Shown here: positions 18,447-32,537 of the stretch, piece by piece
How the letters are laid out: each line of letters opens with the position of its first letter
Position numbering within the stretch: the stretch's first letter is position 1
IMG/VR virus record: IMGVR_UViG_3300011008_000004
Location: 1-64,000 of that record
From: a virus
Lineage: Duplodnaviria > Caudoviricetes
DNA: 64,000 nucleotides
Direction: 5' to 3' (one strand)
The notes under the pieces: generated by a model
Databases searched by the model: none
What the model saw: only the letters and a program-made list of their open reading frames with translations
Told to the model about the DNA's origin: nothing
Position numbers and translations under genes: made by a program

Positions 18447-19550
18447 TTACTTTTCTCTATCCCATATAACATAATCGTAAGCGGTATCCATTTGTCTTTG
18501 TGGCATATTCTCTATTTCATCCCATTTCGAATAAAACATGTCAGCGCCATTCGTTCTAACAAATACCCAACCTTTATCATATAATAAATCCTTTGCTTTA
18601 TGACCTAATTGTTCAAATGGATCGCCGTCTTCTTCAGTGCCATCTATCCATTTATTTTTTATGCAAATAGCATATGCTGCAATGTGATGAGAAGCAAAAT
18701 CACATGAATAAAAATCACCATCTGGAGAGATAAGTCCATAAGTATGAAACACACCCTTTTCTAATGGCTTATATTCTCCCTTACGTTGATAATAAAATTC
18801 TCCGCCATCACATAAAGTATATTCTTTTTTATCATTTAATAACTTGTCTGGTGCTAATTCTTTTACTACTTTGTCTATTTGATCTTTAGTAAATTTAGTT
18901 TTTGCTTCTTCCTTTTTCAAATGTAGCTCATAAGATTTTTGTCTGAGTTTTATTTGAGTAATATCTTTGCTAGTATAACAATAAGCGTTTCTTGTAAGCT
19001 CATTGTTCCAATAGTCATATAAACGTTTCCAAAACGCTTCAGTATCATCAACTGTTTGAATCTTTTTATCTACGAATTGTAATGAAATAGAGTATAATCC
19101 GCCTTGAAATAACCAATCACTATTAGCAGGTTCTTTTTGAAAATATTCCCTTAAATGTTTAATGTCTCCTGGTGCATCATAATATTCAATCTGCTCTTTC
19201 ATGTGTTTATATGAATAACAAGTAGCAAATGGATCTACATATTTTATAGGATGAAGATTTAATTCAAGCTCTAGTTCAGCTTTAACTTTATTAGATTCTT
19301 CTCTCTGCATGTATTCAAGATATTCTTTAGTTTTATTACAATCTACTAACTCACCCTCATTTATACCTTGAACAGTCTTAGTACCAGTAATAATTTCAGT
19401 AGCTATCTCTTCTGAAATTCCAAAGGATTCTTCTAGTGTTTCTACACCCCAACTAAAAGATTTACCTTCATAAAAGATTCTATTTCTAATAAAATCACAT
19501 AACCATTCACAATCCATTTGAAATGATAATGTTTCAACGTTATTATTCAT
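18447..19550 (-). CDS. hypothetical protein (GLISPDGDFY..H C-terminal motif)
   Basis: ORF, own promoter 19593-19621. Confidence 0.8.
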   Translation of the reverse strand: MNNNVETLSFQMDCEWLCDFIRNRIFYEGKSFSWGVETLEESFGISEEIATEIITGTKTVQGINEGELVDCNKTKEYLEYMQREESNKVKAELELELNLHPIKYVDPFATCYSYKHMKEQIEYYDAPGDIKHLREYFQKEPANSDWLFQGGLYSISLQFVDKKIQTVDDTEAFWKRLYDYWNNELTRNAYCYTSKDITQIKLRQKSYELHLKKEEAKTKFTKDQIDKVVKELAPDKLLNDKKEYTLCDGGEFYYQRKGEYKPLEKGVFHTYGLISPDGDFYSCDFASHHIAAYAICIKNKWIDGTEEDGDPFEQLGHKAKDLLYDKGWVFVRTNGADMFYSKWDEIENMPQRQMDTAYDYVIWDREK

Positions 19551-19625
19551 ATATGCACCTCTATAAAATTACATCTTACTTATTGTAATTTAATTTTAAC
19601 ACAATTTGTCATATATGTCAACCAA

Positions 19626-20867
19626 TCACATTAGATTTTTATAGATAGGATATTTATTAGTCAATTTATTCACTTCAGCAGTTACTTCTTCAAACGCTGA
19701 TTCTTTTTCTTTTATAACTTTTATAATAAGTTCAGCAACTTTTTCGCAGTCTTCCTCTTTGAATCCACGAGTAGTTATAGCTGGTGTTCCAATTCTTACG
19801 CCACTTGTAATTGTAGGCTTCTCAGGATCATTAGGAATTGCATTCTTATTTACTGTTATATGAACTGCATCTAACATGGTTTCAAGGTCTTTACCAGTAA
19901 CTTCAGTTCCTGTAAGATCTAATAACATTAAGTGATTATCTGTTCCACCTGAAACTAATCTAATTCCTGCTTCTAAAAATTTCTTACTCATAGCTTGTGC
20001 GTTACGTAAGATTTGTTGTTGATAGTCTTTAAATTCAGGTTGCAATGCTTCTTTAAATGCTACAGCTTTTGCTGCTATAATGTGCATTAAAGGACCACCT
20101 TGTGTTCCTGGGAAAACAGCTTTATCTATAAGCTTGGCATACTTTTCTTTACACATAATCATTCCACCACGAGGACCTCTTAAAGTTTTATGCGTTGTCG
20201 TCGTTACAAAGTCTGCATATGGAACAGGTGATGGATGTAAACCTGTTGCTACTAGTCCTGCAATGTGTGCAATATCAACCATCAAATAAGCGCCGACTTT
20301 ATCTGCTATTTCTCTAAATTTCTTAAAGTCTATAATTCTTGGATAAGCAGAAGCGCCAGCTACTATAATTTTAGGTTTATGTTCTAAAGCTAATCTTTCT
20401 ATTTGGTCATAATCTATAAAACCTTCATCAGTAAGACCATAATTTACTGCATTGAAGTATTTACCTGATACAGCTACTTTACAACCGTGTGTCAAGTGTC
20501 CACCGCTTGGTAAGCCCATTCCTAAAATTGTATCACCTGGATTTAACACTGCAAAGTAAACTGCAAAGTTAGCATTAGCACCGCAATGAGGTTGAACATT
20601 TACATATTCGCAATTAAATAATTCCTTAGCTCTTTCTTTTGCTAAGTTTTCAGCAATGTCTACAAATTGACAACCACCATAGTATCTAGAACCTGAATAT
20701 CCTTCAGCGTATTTATTAGTTAAAATACTGCCTGCAGCTCCTAGAATCTCTTCAGAGACAATATTTTCACTCGCTATAAGTTCTATATTATTTTGTTGTC
20801 TTTCCAATTCCTGCTTAATAGCACTATATACTTCGTTATCTTTTTCTTTTAAATTTTTAAAATCCAT
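19626..20867 (-). CDS. glyA: serine hydroxymethyltransferase
   Basis: [35 protein letters not shown]. Confidence 0.98.
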   Translation of the reverse strand: MDFKNLKEKDNEVYSAIKQELERQQNNIELIASENIVSEEILGAAGSILTNKYAEGYSGSRYYGGCQFVDIAENLAKERAKELFNCEYVNVQPHCGANANFAVYFAVLNPGDTILGMGLPSGGHLTHGCKVAVSGKYFNAVNYGLTDEGFIDYDQIERLALEHKPKIIVAGASAYPRIIDFKKFREIADKVGAYLMVDIAHIAGLVATGLHPSPVPYADFVTTTTHKTLRGPRGGMIMCKEKYAKLIDKAVFPGTQGGPLMHIIAAKAVAFKEALQPEFKDYQQQILRNAQAMSKKFLEAGIRLVSGGTDNHLMLLDLTGTEVTGKDLETMLDAVHITVNKNAIPNDPEKPTITSGVRIGTPAITTRGFKEEDCEKVAELIIKVIKEKESAFEEVTAEVNKLTNKYPIYKNLM

Positions 20868-20974
20868 TTAACGCCTCATATAACATAATTTTATAAATAA
20901 TTATACATTTTTAGTTTATTAAAAATGCTGAAGATTCATAGATTCCTCAGCATTTAATGTTAATTTTTATTTAA

Positions 20975-22093
20975 TTATTCAATTTCTTCATCTGATAGAT
21001 GAACATGTTTTGATAACTCTCTTTCAGTTGAGGCGTAGTTGCCTACATCTAAATTTATGCATTTATCAATAGGATCTACTTCTCTTTCTTTATCCTCTAC
21101 TAAAATACGAGCTTCAAGTATTTCATATTTAATGAATTTAGATGAATTTTCTTCTTCAAACTTCTTAACTTTTTCAGCGTTAAGTCGTGTCTTAAATATT
21201 GAAGACTCTCTTGGTTTTACATATTCTACATGTTCTTCCACTTTAGTTGAACCAGTAACTTTTGTATGCCATGTTTTACGAATTAAATAACCTTCTTCTA
21301 AAACTTTCATTTGTTTAATCATCATTCATCCTCTATTTTGAATTCTTCAATAATGAATTCTTCGCTATTTTCAAACAATTTCTTTAACTTCTCAGCTGAA
21401 TCATCCGGGAGTTTCATAAAAGCTTGTTTAGTTTTCATGAGTCTTTCTTCAACGTTATCTAATTTAGGTACAAATGTAACACAGTAATCTTTTAACTTCA
21501 ACGTGCTATCTATGTAAGCTTTTAAATATTTAGTAGGTATTTCATAACCATTATTTAACTGTTCCTCTAAATATTTCTTATCAAGTTCAAAATCAGAACA
21601 TGACTTGTCACTAGTTTGATCTTTCCAACTATGCACCCAATTACCTGGAACGTTTAAACCACATTCATAGCCAACTTCAGGATCATTTATACACTTTTTA
21701 CAAAATAAACAGTTTTTCATAATACATTTTCCTCTATAATTAACACATCATACATAGAGTTACAATCATAATTATAGTACACACAATAGCGCCACCTAAA
21801 AATATTATGCCTAACGTCTTTCCTGTCTTTCTCTGCTTCTCTTGTTGCTTTCTAACTTCTTCATCATATTTATTTTTAACTTCTATATACTCTTTAAGAA
21901 GTTGTTCTTTATTCGCACAGTCAATATTCCTATCTTTACAATCCGCTATTGCTATTTTAAGTTCATTTATAGCATGAGTTAAATCATCTGAATTAGCGAA
22001 ACCTAATTCCTTTATTGAATTATTTATAGCTACAAGACTCGCGGCCGCAGCAATACCTATTAAATTATTATTAAAATTTCCTTGAAAACTCAT
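20975..22093 (-). CDS. three hypothetical proteins (20975, 21322, 21740)
   Basis: ORF track, overlapping stop/start. Confidence 0.7.
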
Positions 22094-22413
22094 TCGGTTA
22101 ACTCCCTTGCTTTTTGTGAAATATGTCTATTAGTCAATGATTCTAAATTACTCAATTGTTTACATCTTACGTTATACCACATTTCCTGATTAGCTAATGC
22201 TATAATTTGCGCAGTCCATAATTCTACGTAATTCATGTTAATCCTCACTAACTAACTCGATTTTTGTAGCCTCAAAAGTTGCATAAATGTTATAACAATA
22301 GTGTTCTACTATGTCATAAGCGTTTAAAATATCTCTCGCTTCTACTATTTGTTCTTTATCTACATCTATTCCTTCTTTATAGGAATGATAACAAACTCTA
22401 TATTTCTTCATAA

Positions 22414-23815
22414 TTATCTTGTTGGTGTCGAAAGACTCATCTTTATGTCATCTGGGACATTATTCTTCCATACGAATGAATTCTTTAAAATATATTCATT
22501 ATACTTATTAGCGGTTTCACAAGCTCTCATATAGGATTCTTCAGCCCAACGTTGTTTTTCAGAATCTTGACTATCTTTGTATAAGTTATATCGACTAACA
22601 TCCGTATTATATTCGGCTATCATTGCTCTGCAAGTATCTTCTACTTGTTTTTTAGTCTCATAATTAGTATCGTCTTTTGCATGTTGTAAATTAGTTTTCC
22701 ACGTTTCCATAGTTCTAATACCACTTTGTGTACAATTTGCCCAAACTCCAAAACCAATTAATAACGCAGCCAAGATGCTACATATTACAATTATAATTTT
22801 TCTCATTATTAGTCACCTTCTACCGTAATTACTGGATTTTCTATAATGAATGGAATATCAGAATATAGATAAATACCGCTCCATTCTACATATTTACCAT
22901 CAGTTGTAAAGAAAAATACGCCATCATCGTTAGAACCATAGCTGCCATCAACATCAGCTAACCATTTATTTATACGTGCTGATTCTCCTGCACTATATTC
23001 ATAATACTCGCTGTCAGGAGTTAAGTAAGAATTTAATGATGTAACTTTACCATCTACAGTAAATCTACCGACTACTGCGCCACTTTCAGTCATAAGAATT
23101 ACGTAACCCATAGGACGAGTAATTGCGCAAGGTAGATTCATCGCTTTTTCTCTTTGTCCATTCACCCAATACGCTCTACGAATAAGATTATATCTCTCTA
23201 AAGAATAATTTATATCAGCAGGTGTGGGTTGTGATTCTGCTAGATTTCTAGCAATTTCTAATGTGTATAGTCCGCCGTAAACTTCTTTATAAGCTTCATT
23301 ACAAGGACATATGCTTGCATCACGTATCTCTATTTCATAATCTTTCATAATTATTTACCAAAATATAAGACTGTTTTCCAAACTCTTATATTTAATTTAT
23401 CATTTTTAAGAGCTTTAATCTGATTGTTATTTTCAATGTATAAATTTATCTGATTTTGAACTAGTTCATTAGCTTTCAAATCAGGATATACTGAAGTCAA
23501 CAACAATAGCTTTTCGCCATTTAATTCTGAAATATCTATATCACCATAAATTTCTTTTTCATAATCCATGTAAGTTTCAATAACAGATTTTACGCTTGCC
23601 TCAATCCTAGTATTTTCTTCTTCGTACATAGCAATTTTATCTTCATAAATAGGCTCTTCTGCTATTTTTACAAAACCTATGATCATTGCTGCTGCAGTAC
23701 TAACTGCAGCCATAGCGCCTAAAATTGTCATAGCAAGCCAACCTTCTGCATACTCATAAAAGGCACATCCTACAATAATCATTGCTATAAATAATACTAA
23801 CAATATAATTAACAT
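22414..23815 (-). CDS. three membrane/secreted-type phage proteins (22414-22806, 22809-23348, 23351-23815)
   Basis: N-terminal TM segments in first and third; tight operon. Confidence 0.7.
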
Positions 23816-23818
23816 ATC

Positions 23819-24995
23819 TCACCTCTTCATTACAACTATAGTTGTATACAATTCTTTTGTTACAACTTTTTTATTTTGAACTAATTCTATCGTAAATACG
23901 ACACTATTATCTACAAACTCACTCGGACTAACTCTTATAGGAACAAAACTTCTAGCTTTTTGTTCGCAATACTTCACAGCTTCGTCTCGTGTGTTAGTCG
24001 TCTTAAGAATTACTTTATCGTGCTTAACTCTGAAATACTTATCAATGTCTTTAATCATTTTAAGCCTCATCTCATAAACTTAACTTGTTTTTTCTTATTT
24101 GCTATATCATAAAGAAACTCAATATCTTCTTCAGATAGAACAACACTTTTATTTTCAGTGTCTCTTGCAAATATAAGCATATTAAAAAGTAAATCACTTA
24201 CATTACCAAGAACTCTATCACTCTCATATACTTCATGTAACACGTCTTGTTTAAGATAAGGAAGAAGTTGACCAAACTCACTTTCAGACAATTTATCATT
24301 ATAGTCCTGTACGTTATCTTTGTATTCTTCTTCAGAGTTGAACCAATAACTCTTAGTCATCTATGATTACCCCATATTCTTTCGCTATATCTTTTATATA
24401 ATCTACCGATACATTTGACACTGAATCTTCTAAAATCTTTTTAATAACTTCTTTAACTGTGTCTAATTTTATAGATTCATTAATACTATGTTCAGCAGTT
24501 AAATCCATGCATAAGCCTTCAATATCATCTTGATATGGTTTTAAGTTACCAAAGTTCTTTCTCGCTAATTCAATAGCGATTCTTGTTGAAAGATATTCTG
24601 TTTCATTAGTCATTACTCTTCCATACTTATTAAGAGATTTTTCATTTTCTCTATAGATAACATTACTAATGATATTTTGCATGGCTAATGCTTCATTCTT
24701 TTCTGTATTAGTCATATCAACATCCCTTATAAACTGTTGGTTTTCCTTTTAAGTAATTAGTGCAATTTCTTTGTATATAAGTTTCTTCTGTACCTTTACC
24801 GGGAATGTTGCATTGGATAAGCTCTCCACTTAACCAATAATTATTTCTTCTAGTGCAATTAGCACAAGTTAAACATGTTTTATTTCTAGGATTATTATCA
24901 CACATAGCTTCGTGATCAGCTATCGCATCTTCAGAAACTATAGTGCCACAATAATCACAAATATAAGCTATCTTACCCATTACACTTCCTTCCAA
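23819..24995 (-). CDS. four small hypothetical proteins (last is Cys-rich)
   Basis: ORF track. Confidence 0.65.
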
Positions 24996-25288
24996 CCATT
25001 TCTTTGAATTATTCTTCTCATGTTTTCTACACCAACTGGATTCATCGAATGAATATGAATAGGATAATTTCTACCAGTTTCTTCAAGCCAGTCTAAAAGT
25101 TTAATATAATCTCCGCCAAAACAAGTAAAAGCTCCAGCGTCATGATCTATGTCAATAAGCTCTATTTTATAATAATCATCGTTATATGATTCATACAATT
25201 CAATACGAGCTTTAGCTTCATCTACGCTTAAACAAGTTGTATTATAGCCCTCTGGTGCAGGTCTAACATCATCTATCCAAAGTTTCAT
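24980..25288 (-). CDS. cyclic-phosphate-processing receiver-domain protein
   Basis: KLWIDDVRPAP, DIDHD, IHSMNPVG. Confidence 0.8.
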   Translation of the reverse strand: MKLWIDDVRPAPEGYNTTCLSVDEAKARIELYESYNDDYYKIELIDIDHDAGAFTCFGGDYIKLLDWLEETGRNYPIHIHSMNPVGVENMRRIIQRNGWKEV

Positions 25289-25491
25289 AATATCACCTTA
25301 TAAAATTACACCATATTTACAGAGTGAATACACTATGAAAACTATAATGCATCCTATCGATGTTAAAAGACATCCTACTGCATAATGAAAATCTTTATCT
25401 TCAAATCCTTTAGCGAATTTTGATATATTAAGTACAACTTGAACTACTAAAAATAAAACTAATCCCCAAATAATTTTCATAAATAACCCCT

Positions 25492-25917
25492 TCAATAAAT
25501 AAGTCTTTCTTTACAAACGCCATCATTTGTAGTGTAAATAATTTTTCTAATTCCCATAGATTTTATTAACTGCATACATCTAGGACATGGTCTACTTTGA
25601 GCTAAATGACCATTATTATCTTTTCTATAAGTATAAAGTGTTGCATGACTTAAATCTGCATGACTTTTAATATATGGAAGAAGTGCCATTGTTTCAGCAT
25701 GGAGTTTACCATCACAACTACACTTAAAATATTTACTGTCAATATCTCTTTGAACACTGTGCTTTTTACTATTGCTATTATGACCAGAACTAACAATTCT
25801 ATGTTGATCTACAACTACACAACCTATTTTACATCTGTGATCACTTAGTACTGATATGTCTTTCGCAGCTTTCAAATAAGCTTTCTCTCTTTTACTTAAC
25901 GACACTCCATCATCCAT
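25492..25917 (-). CDS. cytidine/deoxycytidylate deaminase-family protein
   Basis: HAE...PCPRC zinc motif. Confidence 0.85.
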   Translation of the reverse strand: MDDGVSLSKREKAYLKAAKDISVLSDHRCKIGCVVVDQHRIVSSGHNSNSKKHSVQRDIDSKYFKCSCDGKLHAETMALLPYIKSHADLSHATLYTYRKDNNGHLAQSRPCPRCMQLIKSMGIRKIIYTTNDGVCKERLIY

Positions 25918-26024
25918 ATAATTTCTCTCTATTTTAATTTTATAATTATATTGTAAACCATTAACACTAATAAGTCAATTAAATAGATGTTAAAGAGAAA
26001 TCTGTTCTCTTGTATAATTTCAAA

Positions 26025-29000
26025 TCAATCATTTATAGTTATAATCGCAGGATTTACAACACCTTTAGCTTCAGGAACTCCATACTCGCCATTATGCCAA
26101 GCTCTTAATTCTTCGCCATATTCCCAAATTTGTGATAAAATTGATACAGCACAACCATACATAAATCCAGTTATACCTTCAGTATCTGCTTTATGAGAAG
26201 TAGTCTCAGCTATCTCATTTAACTTTGATCCTTTAGCTATTTCTTCTTCCATAAGTTCGGCCCAACGCTTGACATAAGTTATAACACCATTGCTATATGG
26301 ATCACTACTATTTACTCTCTGACATTCTTCCCAATCTTTTTCTTTACCTTTTAAAATTTTCATAATTGTATTCCTTAAATTTTATTTTTTATATCTACAT
26401 ATTTCATTGTAAATGACTTTACATCTATCGGTTTTACTTCAACTAGTTTAGGAATTGCTTCATTTAAGAAGTCTTGATCGTATAGAACAAAATTAACAAC
26501 GCAGTATTTAATCAATTGAACTAAATCTTCTTTGGTTTCTATTTTGGTCATTTGATCAGTGACATATTCTCTAATCTTATTTTCAGTCACTTTTTGCATT
26601 GTTTATTCTCCTTAAACCATTTAATTAAAGATTTCCAGTACTTTTGATCACAATCTTTTTTATAAATAATTGTGTCTTTCTTATTTTCAAATTCTAAACA
26701 AACAGCTGTAACTTCATCTCCAAATTTGCGTAAATCACTAACTGTCATCTTCACTTTACTAACACACATAATATATCTCCCTATAACTATATACTATAAT
26801 ACTTTTATTAAAACGTCAACTAGATGAAAAAAGACCTCTGAAAATTCAAAGGTCTTTTAGTTAAAAATCTAATGTATCACTTTTACCGAATCTCTTGTAT
26901 AATGTTCTTCTATCTCTCGGTTTAAAGATAAATTTATCAACCCAGAAAAATATTAAACCACCTATAAAATTTGCAATTATAGTTGGAATCCAAGGTGTTC
27001 CTGACGATTCACCTAATAGCTGTAGAACTATAGCGAGAATAGGTGTTGATAGTTGCCACCTTATCAAATATATAATATACTGTAAACCCAAATTCATATC
27101 TCTCATCTCAATTACCTCAACTGTTTTCTACAAAATTCTTAGCAACTTCATCAATACAGCGATGTAACTGTTCTTTAAGATACATTTCGCAAGTAATTTC
27201 TTTTAACTGCTTTACAAGGTCCTTAACGGTATCCTCTTTCACTGTTTTAAGTTGTTGTATATATTCTTTCTCTCTATCAAGACAACCTTTTATTTGAGGT
27301 TCTATGATCTTATATACACAATAGCGTTGATATTCACACTTACCCATTTTCACATAAGTTTCACCATCTATCTCGATCACATTATTTGTTTCACTCATGC
27401 GCCACTATCTCCCTTATACCAATAACATTAGGATGCTTATTTCTAATGCCATAACTATAAGTTATATACTCACCTGTTACAAGATCTATGCTCCCTACAA
27501 AACCACTATCATTAATATAAACATATGGATTTTCTTTATCATGTTTAATTTCCAAGGAACTGTCAGCGTAGATATTTTCAAGTCTCTTATTCTTCAGTAT
27601 AACAACTAACTTATCAATGCTGATGTTCTCAGGAAATTTATCGCATATTTCATTTAAATCAAAGTATTGATGATTTAAGAAAACACTTTTACCTAAAGCT
27701 TTCTTAACTTCAATAATCTTATTGTTCAAAATATCTTGTTGTTTATAGAGACTCGCTATTTCATCATCGAGTTCTTTTACATAACCAAAATCAGGATAAA
27801 TCATGCTCTTACTCACTTACTACCTCTTTTCTTATCATACGCTTCAAATGAATCATTTAACGTATTAGATTCAAACCAACAAATACCGAGCTTATTACTC
27901 TTACACTCGAATTTATCAATCATTTTATCATATCTCTTCCAGATAGCTTTTATTTCAGGAGGGTCATTATCACTTCTTAGTGAGTAGCAACCAGGTTTAG
28001 TAACTAAATCTTCATTACCTTTTATAGGTACTCTTATCTCATATTTTGGAGACCAACCTTCACCCATAGGTTTTATAGTTGCTCCTGTAAAATATATAGG
28101 TAAAATATATTTCTTATAAAAGTTTAAAATCTTCTCTTCAGTATATTTATTGAATTTCTCTTTTCTATCTGCCCACTTTTTATGAGCTATAAATCTTTTC
28201 TTAGCTTCTCTTCTAGTATGATATTCTTCGTTGTAGTTCCAGCCTCTAAGATGTCTACAGAACGCTAGATAAGGTTCAGTTCTAATAAAGTTAAAGAAGC
28301 TGGAGACTTTATAATAGGTATCGCATTTATCGTCTTCTTTTGGAACTATTGTAAAGTCTAATGCAAGTTCAGAAGCAGAAGGTTTAAACTTATCAATGTC
28401 ATCTTCGTATTGAGCAAATAGTTGGCCTTCAACATATTTGGCTTCTTCTTTTTCAGGTTTGTCCCACCAAATACCGAATAACCAACCAGGACATTCTTTT
28501 ACATGAAAATGAAATACCGAATTAGTTCCAGTACCAAATATAAAATAACCATCAAGATAATTTAAATCTTCGAAAGTTATTTCACCAGCTTTATATATTT
28601 TATCGTATGTAGCTCTACTTCTTAAAGTATTGTTAACTACTTTCATGAAAGTAATAGACGCTTGCTTAAATAGTTCTGATGTATTTTCAGCGTCTGCTTC
28701 TTCTACAGATTTCTTATAGATATCCGCAATAGTTTTAAGAGGATGTTCTTTCTTTATATCTTTAGTTTCTTCAATTATCTTATTTTCAGTTTCACTCATA
28801 ATTTACCTTCCATTAAATCAATATATAATTGATCGTAAGCTTCTGCTTTACCTTTATGATAACTTGATTTACTAACATCATCTGTATTCATAGCGTTAAC
28901 AATATCTTCATGTTGACGCATTTTAATATAATTTAAAAGACTTTCTTTATCTATCACATCTCTTCGTATTTCAGTAACAGTGTCATCTACACCTGTAGTT

Positions 29001-29290
29001 GTGATAACGCTAGATATATTTCCTGGATCAAATACATATGGACTTTTAATGTTTATCACCTCATTTAAAAGATCTTGTCCTAATTTAGTTAGTGAGCCAT
29101 CTTCATTCATATAACCGGCGGACACCATATTAGCTGGATCTACTGTGATAGATGTTATAGTTTGTGCTGAAGTATAACTACGAAATTGCTCACAATCTTC
29201 AGCTTCAGTATCACAATCTTTATTACACCAAGTCATGCCTGCCTCAGCAATATAACCTTGATATATACAATCTTTACATTTTTCACTCAT
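26025..29290 (-). CDS. run of hypothetical proteins (26025, 26375, 26587, 26861 GtrA-like membrane, 27117, 27391, 27813, 28796)
   Basis: ORF track, SD sites, promoter at 26791-26819. Confidence 0.65.
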
Positions 29291-29316
29291 ATGTATTTTA
29301 CTTTTTTAATATTATA

Positions 29317-30078
29317 TCAAACAACTTCACACTTATCAACCGTTTTTACAGATAGTTTTCTCCAATTCAAATAGCCATAAACGCAATTAGCTGTCCAGAA
29401 AATATATTGAGCAATCATTATTCCATTTCCTAAAACAATGAACATTACTAAACTCATTACATCTTCAATAAACCAGAAAATCCATTGATCAGAATAACCA
29501 AATACCATTAACATCTGTCCTGCTAAAGGAACTATTGTAGTTACGCTATCTAAAAATGGAGCAGGATTCTCCGAACCTGTTAACCAGATATTCACTGAAG
29601 GAACAAACTTTAACAACATTGCAAATAGAAGAATAGATATAACTGTAGCAGCAGATGTAATCGCCCAGGAGAATGATGTCATATTTTTAGTTTCAACAGT
29701 AGTTTCTTCATCTTTTCTGCGGTATCTCTTAATCCAAATAAATATCCCTATAATCATTGTAACAGCGTAGACAATATTTTCAGCTGTTTCGCCACCTAAA
29801 CCACAGGGAATTGCTACACCGAATAAATACGTAAATAATTGAATATATCCGAAGAAGTATTGGCTTATCTTACCTCTTGAACATAGTACAACTGAAATTA
29901 CACCTGTAATTCCTGAAATAGCTGTTATAGCTAAATAATCATCATGCAAACTTGAAATAGTCGCAGCTAATATAATTGCTACTACTTGTAACAATAGACC
30001 AAACGCAAGAAAACACCAGTCAAATGTTTTCATTCCATTTACAAATTCTTCTTTTAACAATTGTTTAAATTTGTTCAT
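29317..30078 (-). CDS. pnuC: nicotinamide riboside transporter PnuC
   Basis: multi-TM; GKISQYFFG, PFLDS.TT, QWIFW, YGYLNW. Confidence 0.88.
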   Translation of the reverse strand: MNKFKQLLKEEFVNGMKTFDWCFLAFGLLLQVVAIILAATISSLHDDYLAITAISGITGVISVVLCSRGKISQYFFGYIQLFTYLFGVAIPCGLGGETAENIVYAVTMIIGIFIWIKRYRRKDEETTVETKNMTSFSWAITSAATVISILLFAMLLKFVPSVNIWLTGSENPAPFLDSVTTIVPLAGQMLMVFGYSDQWIFWFIEDVMSLVMFIVLGNGIMIAQYIFWTANCVYGYLNWRKLSVKTVDKCEVV

Positions 30079-30092
30079 AATCCACCTTTATA

Positions 30093-31415
30093 TTAATAAA
30101 CTTGTATATATACATACTTTGTTACACACTGTTTCTTTACAGCTTCTTTAAGATATTTCAAACACGCATTCTCTGAACCTTCATTCAGATTCATCAGTTC
30201 TTCATATAAATATATTCCAGTTGTTGAACAATAATCTACTGTGCCATTTGCGGCCACAACTACTGGCGCTGTTTTAACTAGCTCAAGACCTTCGGTCCAA
30301 GGATCACTATTCTCACCTAAAGTAGTTTTAGATAAAGTAAAGAAATCATCATATGCGTACTTATTATACATCTTAGTGTAGTTTCCACTATCTTTCTTTT
30401 GAGGAAGCTTCTTTGTATTACTTCCAGAGTAATGTAAATCAAATCCCATATTAGTTGGTCTCCTTCATGCTAATTCCAAATGTATCTAAAGCTTTGTCTA
30501 TATCTTCTATAACACTCTCAATACTAAGAACATCTCTACCATGATTATACACATTTGCTTTAATTTCTTGCGCTAAATAAATCATTCCCCATTTTTTCAT
30601 ATTGTCATCAGGATTTTTAGGCGTAAAATCATATTCATCATCTGTCATCTTAACTTTTTTACGTATTTTATCTTGTAGTGATTTAAGTTCTTTAGTCATA
30701 GATTCAGATTTTTCAGTTAACTTATCTAAATCATCTTTAGATATTACAAATATTCCAGGATTATGAGTAGCTTCGCATGATTCAGCTGCGGCCTTCTCCA
30801 TAGTTTCTAATATTTGTTCATTAGTTGTTTTATGTTTATTAAAAGAATTCATCACAACTTCTCTATAAAACTTATCTTCCTTACTCTCTTCTTCACCTAA
30901 AACAAATTGTCTATAGTTAGAACAACCTTCAGCCCACGACATGTCCTCACAAAAAACACCTGGACATCTTTGAGATCCACAACCTTCACAATATTTTTTA
31001 TTAAATTCTTCCTTAGTCATTATTGTTGACATCAGTAACTTCTTCCTTTTTAACTTTTTGTTCAGTTTTGTTAAGTTGCTTAAATACTATCTCATTAAGC
31101 GCATTGAACTTTACTATAAGTTCATTCATTCTATTTGCTAACGCAATAATTGATTCTGAAGAATTCCCATTAATATCTTCAGTTGTAATTAATTCTATTG
31201 ATTCTATCTTTTTCATTTTAATCATCTCCTAATCTATCCTTTAAATAATCTTTTGCTTCGACTAAACTATCATATGCTGCCTGTGTAAGTTTCATTACAT
31301 CGTAAAACTCATCATCAGTTAAACTTCTACTATGTTCATACATCTCTGTTTCTTGAAAATATATAATTTGTTGTTTTATATCACTTAAACTATCTATCAA
31401 ATCTACTTTACTCAT
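30093..31415 (-). CDS. four hypothetical proteins
   Basis: ORF track. Confidence 0.65.
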
Positions 31416-31416
31416 T

Positions 31417-32517
31417 TCAATCCTTATATAAATTATTTATATAGTTTTTAACCTTTAAGAAATTATTATAATAATCTCTACCTTCAAGTTCTTCATACTT
31501 GTAACCAAAATTATCGTAGAAATTTCTTAAGTTATCATAAAATATTCGTCTTATGTTATAATCAGAATCTGGCATATATCGTTCGCCGTCATCTGTTATA
31601 TCTTGTGTTGAAGGTTTAAGTAAAAATATCTTATCCCATTTAACTGTTTTAGAATACACTCTTGCAAGATCTTCTAATAATTGATAATCTTCAGGTTTTA
31701 ACGCAAAATTTGATCTATTCTTATAAGACCAAGCATACATTAAAGTAACCATATTATCTGTATCGCTTATAAATACACCTGGATTTTGAGGACTACAAAT
31801 AAGTTCTTCATTATACTTGTTTTGTTCGTAAATATTATAAATAAAATCTTTAACAGTAAATTCGTTATCTGTCTTTATCTTACAAATATCTCTGCCCTTC
31901 TCATAAGAATAAGGAAGATTAAAATATTTACCAATATCTCTTGTTAATGTAGACTTACCTTCTGACGCTGTTCCTGCTATTAAAATATTATGACTAAAAT
32001 ATGATCTAAACGGTGTAGTAATCTTATTCCAATGTTTTAATGGTTCTGTTCTACATAACGTTCCCGATACTGGGTTTTCAATACGATTAATGTATGCAAC
32101 TTTTGGAATATAATAAATCCACTGCCAATTTCTTTTTATAGCACTTACATAAGATTGTTCACCGACATACCAATTAAAATTATGTGTGGTTTGTTTTCCA
32201 AGTAATAACTTATTTCTTATTTGATCAACTACTTCTGACATCCAAATTTTCCAATTACTATCAGACATAGATTCATCAAGTCCTAACTCAGTATCGTTTA
32301 TCTTACAAACAATAACGGTATCATCAGTTAAAAAATTTGATATGATTCTAAATCTTTTCTGTAAAGGTAAAATATCTCCACCTCTATCGTCATCATATCC
32401 GCAAACAAAAACAAATGTAATATCATTTTCTTTCTTTGCTTGCATTATAAGATCCATATGACCTTGATGTAAAGGACAATAAGTCCCAAAAGTTATTCCT
32501 ATATTCATAATTATCAC
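31417..32517 (-). CDS. nadR: NadR-like NMN adenylyltransferase / ribosylnicotinamide kinase
   Basis: FGTYCPLHQGH (HxGH), SGT..R, P-loop GTASEGKST, DDGER. Confidence 0.85.
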   Translation of the reverse strand: MIIMNIGITFGTYCPLHQGHMDLIMQAKKENDITFVFVCGYDDDRGGDILPLQKRFRIISNFLTDDTVIVCKINDTELGLDESMSDSNWKIWMSEVVDQIRNKLLLGKQTTHNFNWYVGEQSYVSAIKRNWQWIYYIPKVAYINRIENPVSGTLCRTEPLKHWNKITTPFRSYFSHNILIAGTASEGKSTLTRDIGKYFNLPYSYEKGRDICKIKTDNEFTVKDFIYNIYEQNKYNEELICSPQNPGVFISDTDNMVTLMYAWSYKNRSNFALKPEDYQLLEDLARVYSKTVKWDKIFLLKPSTQDITDDGERYMPDSDYNIRRIFYDNLRNFYDNFGYKYEELEGRDYYNNFLKVKNYINNLYKD

Positions 32518-32537
32518 CTATAATATTTTACAATATA

